DNA from: Somniosus microcephalus
Lineage: Eukaryota
Assembly: GCA_052327205.1 (NCBI GenBank)
Contig: CM126203.1
Span: 90,458,001 to 90,522,000 of the forward strand
Length of the DNA stretch: 64,000 bases
Direction of reading: 5' to 3'
The notes beneath the pieces are model-generated. The model worked only from the letters and a program-made list of their open reading frames with translations. It did no database searches and was not told the origin of the DNA. This document shows positions 59,695 through 64,000 of the stretch, piece by piece. Position 1 is the first letter of the stretch. Every line of letters begins with the position of its first letter. Made by a program: the position numbers and the translations under genes.

Positions 59695-61860
59695 GGCCCA
59701 GAAATTCCCTACCTTAACGCACGAGTTAGCGATGCAATCCTGGCAAAAAATGGCGGCCACCACTCTAACGCCCTTCTCTGGCGCGAGACTCGGCGGCTGC
59801 CATTTTGGTGAGTGCCTTAGCGCAGCCGATCGCAGCGCTGGTCCTGGAGATGCAAATATGGAGAGTGTGACGTCACTTCACATCGCGCTCTGCGAACTTG
59901 GATCTTAGTGCTGAGTTTAGCACTGAGTCCTAAGCTCGCACTTAAAAGCGAGCATGCAACAGACTGACAGAATCGCTCTCAGCACTTCTTAAAGGGACAC
60001 ACACATCTTTCAGGTAAGTTTGCATTTAATTAGACTGGATTTTTTATATTTTATTGAAGTAGTGGTGTGTTGCAATACATGTTAAACATTTTTTAAGAGT
60101 GCAGGGATTGCTGCTGGATACTTGCAAGGCCTCGGATAGGAAAGGAAGGCCTCTGAGAAATCAGAAACTGCTGGAAATACTCAGCAGGTGAGGCAGCATC
60201 TGTGGAGAAAATGTCCATGTCTCGGGTCAAGATGCTGCCTGACCTGCTGAATATTTTCACCGTTTTATGCTGTCATTTCAGATTTACAGCATCGGCTCAC
60301 AGAGGGAAGAGGAAGTCGCAGAAGAGGACTATGTCGAAGAGGAGGACACAGAAGGAAGGAAGGATGCAACCCAGACAGCCGCTTTCTGGTCAGATTATCC
60401 GGGATGGAATAATCCGCCTCCATTACCAGTGACCACAAACCCAATTCCCCATCAACATTGTCCCACACCTTACCTTTCCTCTGTTACTGACCATCACAGC
60501 GTCCTCTTGGCTACAATGCTGAAATAAAAGCCACCACAAAGCAAACTTTCCAATCCAACTTTATACATCTATCCATCCAATATGACATGAAGAAATCAAC
60601 TCATCACCCTTATGCATTCTCTTAATGACTGTCTTGTGTGTGCCTTTGCCTGTCCTGCTGATGTCACACAGTGCTACCCCAGTGGCTACAGCATGGCTGG
60701 TGGAAGGCTGCTGACTTTCAGTGGGGGACACTGCAAATGGCCTTGCAGGTCGACCTTGAGGAGCTGGTTGCTGGGATGTCAAATCAAGTGACGGTGTTTC
60801 TTATTCTTCTTCTTCTTGGTCAACCACTGGCTGGGCAGGCTGCATTTCTTGGGTGTGTGAATTGAGGAAGGCACAAAGGTGGAGGTGTGGTGAGGGGAAG
60901 GCAGGACAGAAAGAGGTGCATGCCAGAAGGAGGATACCAGCATCTTGTATCCTTTCAGCCCTGCCGCTGGCCAAGGGCTCAGCCATGCCCCTGCCAAGAA
61001 TGGCCAGCACCGTCTCCTCCAAGGAGGTGAGGTGAGGCTAGGAATGGGAGGTGTGCCTCGTGTTTGGTAGAGATTGTTGGTTGGTGAGCGATGGGGGGGA
61101 GGGTGGGGGGTGTCGTGCATTGAGCAGTGTGTGAGGCTAGTGATGCAGTTGGTAATTGACGGCATTTGAAGATGCATTCACTGACCTTGACCACTGGTCT
61201 GAGGTCATGAAGCTTCTTTGGGCACTGGAGCCAGGTGGTCGGGGGGGGTGGGGGGGGAAGTGACACTGCTGGCAGTGATGGCCTCGGTGATGTGGTCCCA
61301 CATCCTTCTTTCTGCAGGGCCTCCTGGGCCTTGTGGGTAGAGGACTTCTCTTGCAGTGTTGACCCTCTGCACAAAGCTGGAGTGTAAGGCCCTGGGTGTC
61401 CCTTCCCTGGCTTGCTGAGCATTTTTTCCATTTTTTAAGGTGCGGAAGGTAAATCAGCTTTAAGAGCTGAAGACTCCCATTTGGGAATTCATTTTAATGT
61501 AATTTTTTTTTCAGAAGGCAGTTGTGCTGTAAGTGCCAAAAACTGCCTATTTTTAAATGATTTTTTTTCATCTTAGAAGGCAATTTACCTTTAAGGGACC
61601 AAAGTGCTCTCTAAAATGACAGCCTTGCTTTAAGAGAAGGCTGTACTTGCTGCAATGGCGCTATGGCCACGCTTCATTGGGCCTCCTGCCAGGACCAATG
61701 CCACCAAAACGGCCTTGCACTGTAAGTTTAGTGCTGGGCTAATGTTAATTAGCAACCAGCACCAATTTACCGGTCCTGCCAGCACCATCAATTTCAGCGG
61801 CTGTTAACTCAGGCCCACGGTGGCACCGGCAGGTTTTTAGCGATTTCCAATTTCTAGGCC
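59695..61860. mobile_element. Decayed, internally deleted Harbinger element
   Basis: Ends GGCCCAGAAATT / AATTTCTAGGCC; minus-strand relic LQCPKKLHDLRPVVKVS matches LQCRKKFNDLTRVVRVS of the intact Myb exon 1; plus-strand acidic relic near 60300-60400 resembles the transposase tail. Confidence 0.8.
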
Positions 61861-62815
61861 TTAAATTTAGGTGAAGAAAACTAAACTGCCCACAATACAT
61901 ATGAAAAATTTAAATTGGGAAATACCTTTTGGAAAAAGTTAACAGGCCTCAGTAAATATTTATATATTTAAATATTTTGTGGGCAGTGTGTTGGTCAGTG
62001 TTGTATGCTGAAGTATTTTTTTGCGCTGTGACAGTGTAATGTTTATTAGCATAATATTACTAATAAAAGCTTACCAATGATTGACTAAAGGGGATGCAGC
62101 AATTTCTAACATGTCGATAGCTTGGTGAACATGAGCTAGGAAGAATAAGATTATTATGTCTTTATATTTTTTAAAACAATGCACTTCTGAGGAGATAATT
62201 TACTTACAAGTGATATCCTTCAGCCAGTCACTTTACAATCCAAGGGAAAAATAACGTTTTTTATTGACCCAAATGAGAAAGCTCAGATTTGATCAAATAC
62301 TACTGGTTCCACTCCAGTATGCTACATTACTTTAGCTCTCTCAACTTATGTCTTTGCAACATGACAGAGCACAAACACAAAATACCTGTCCTGTGACTAG
62401 AAGTCCACCCTGGGAGCTTGCTGCTGAAATTCTCATACTTACACATTTGAGATAGTGGCCTAGAATTTCCCTGGGACCTGGAGCGGAGTTCCAGGGTAAA
62501 CAGGGCAGAAGAGGACTGGCGGGGGTGGGAAAACAAAGTGGTGGGGGGAGGTGGAGGGATCCAGCAATGTTGGATCTCTGCTCCAAGGTTGCGGGTGAGC
62601 AGGCATTCCAGGGTGTTAATGAAGGCAGAATTCTCAGAATTCCTTGCTGATACAATACTTTAATCTCTTCCCAAAATAAAGTGCGCAGAACACCGTCACA
62701 TATACTAGGGACAAGTAACAGCCAGTTACATCAAATGCTTGGTGCATTTGATTGGGCATTTTTGCATCTCAATCTGACAATAAATCTGTCCAAGACGTTA
62801 ATATTTCTCTCTCCC

Positions 62816-63157
62816 TGGCGGAGATGCCATCTTTCAGATGAAACATTAAACCGAGGCCCTGTCTGCCCTCTCGAGTGGACATAAACGATCCCATGGCACT
62901 ATTCAAAGAAGAGCAGGGGAGTTCTCCCCGGTGTCCATGCCAATATTTGCCCCTGAACCAACATCACTAAAAAGGTTATCTGGTCATTTATCTCATTGCT
63001 GTTTGTGGGGGCTTGCTGTGTACAAATTGGCTGCCATGTTTCCCACATTACAAAAGTGACTACACTTCAAAAAGTACTTTGTTGGCTGTAAAGCACCTTG
63101 GGCATCCTGAGGTCATAAAAGGTGCTATATAAATGCATGTCTTTCTTTCTTCTTTTC
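62816..63157 (+). mobile_element. SacSINE1/Deu-domain SINE, 5'-truncated
   Basis: GATGAAACATTAAACCGAGGCCCTGTCTGCCCTCTC...GGTGCTATATAAATGCATGTCTTTCTTTC. Confidence 0.85.
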
Positions 63158-63159
63158 TC

Positions 63160-63860
63160 CCACCTTACTCCCAACTCCATTTACGGGGATCCAGGAGGTA
63201 GAGCTGGAGGAGCCGCAGCCCTTGCTCTTGACCAACAGGTTCGAGGTTCTTACTCCCTGTGGGGACAGGAGCAGGGACTGCAGGGAGGATGAGCAACCTG
63301 GCCACAACACCGTGGAACGGGGGGCCATTCAAGAGGGGGGAGTAAATAGAAATGTTGTAGTGGTAGGGGATAGTATTATTAGGGGGATAGATAGAGTTCT
63401 CTGCAGCCAAGAGCGAGAGTCCTGAAGGCTGTGTTGCCTACCCGGTGCCAGGGTTAAGGACATCTCCTCTGGGCTGGAAAGAAACTTGCAGTGGGAGGGG
63501 GTGGATCCAGTTGTCGTGGTCCATGTTGGTACAAACGACGTAGATAGGACTAGGAAGCCGGTTCTGTTAAAGGAGTATGAGCAGCTAGGGGTCAAATTAA
63601 AAAACAGAACCTCAAGGGTAATAATCTCTGGATTATTACCTGAGCCACGAGCGAATTTGGCTAGGACAAATAAAATTAGAGAGTTAAATGCGTGGCTCAA
63701 AGACTGGTGTGGGAGAAATGGGTTTTGCTTCCTGGGACACTGGCACCAGTACTGGGGCAGGAGGGAGCTGTTCCGTTGGGACGGGCTTCACTTGGCCAGT
63801 GCTGGGACTAGAGTCCTGGCGGATCATATAACTAGGGCTGTAGAGAGGGCTTTAAACTAA
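63160..63860 (+). pseudogene. CR1 LINE ORF1 (SGNH esterase-like domain) with a premature stop; the element continues past the window end
   Basis: TNRFEVL, VVVGDSIIR, HVGTND and DGLHL motifs; ORFs 63222-63425 and 63486-63860 are in frame across a TGA. Confidence 0.88.
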
Positions 63861-64000
63861 CTAGTGGTGGGGAGGTTCCTAGAGAGCAAATAATAAAAAT
63901 GACGACAGAGAAGGTCATAGACTTAGGTAGCAGTGGGGAAATTAAAAACCAGAGTGTGTCAGGAAGGGGCAGAAGGTATGGAGTAAAAGGTAAAGTAATA

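Overview
Repeat-dense vertebrate DNA, almost certainly from a shark or ray, inferred from an HE1-type V-SINE, SacSINE1/Deu-domain SINEs and HER1-like CR1 LINEs. I recognise no host protein-coding gene, so the window looks intergenic or intronic. The protein-coding sequence I can identify is all transposon-derived. It holds about ten CR1-clade LINE copies or fragments, an RTE LINE, L2 fragments and a nearly complete Gypsy LTR retrotransposon (19994-24760) plus two unrelated solo LTRs. It also holds a structurally complete two-gene PIF/Harbinger transposon (52499-56996; transposase plus a spliced Myb/SANT-like gene) with many GGCC-ended non-autonomous relatives, a non-autonomous Helitron with promoter-like cargo (13946-15065), Penelope-like remnants with minimal hammerhead ribozyme motifs and a Tigger/pogo-like MITE. 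The best leads are the near-repairable Harbinger system and its MITEs, the Helitron, the 142-bp hammerhead insertion and a 101-bp duplication around a LINE stub. I see no convincing evidence for a wholly new class of biological system. Family names come from motif recognition, not database searches.
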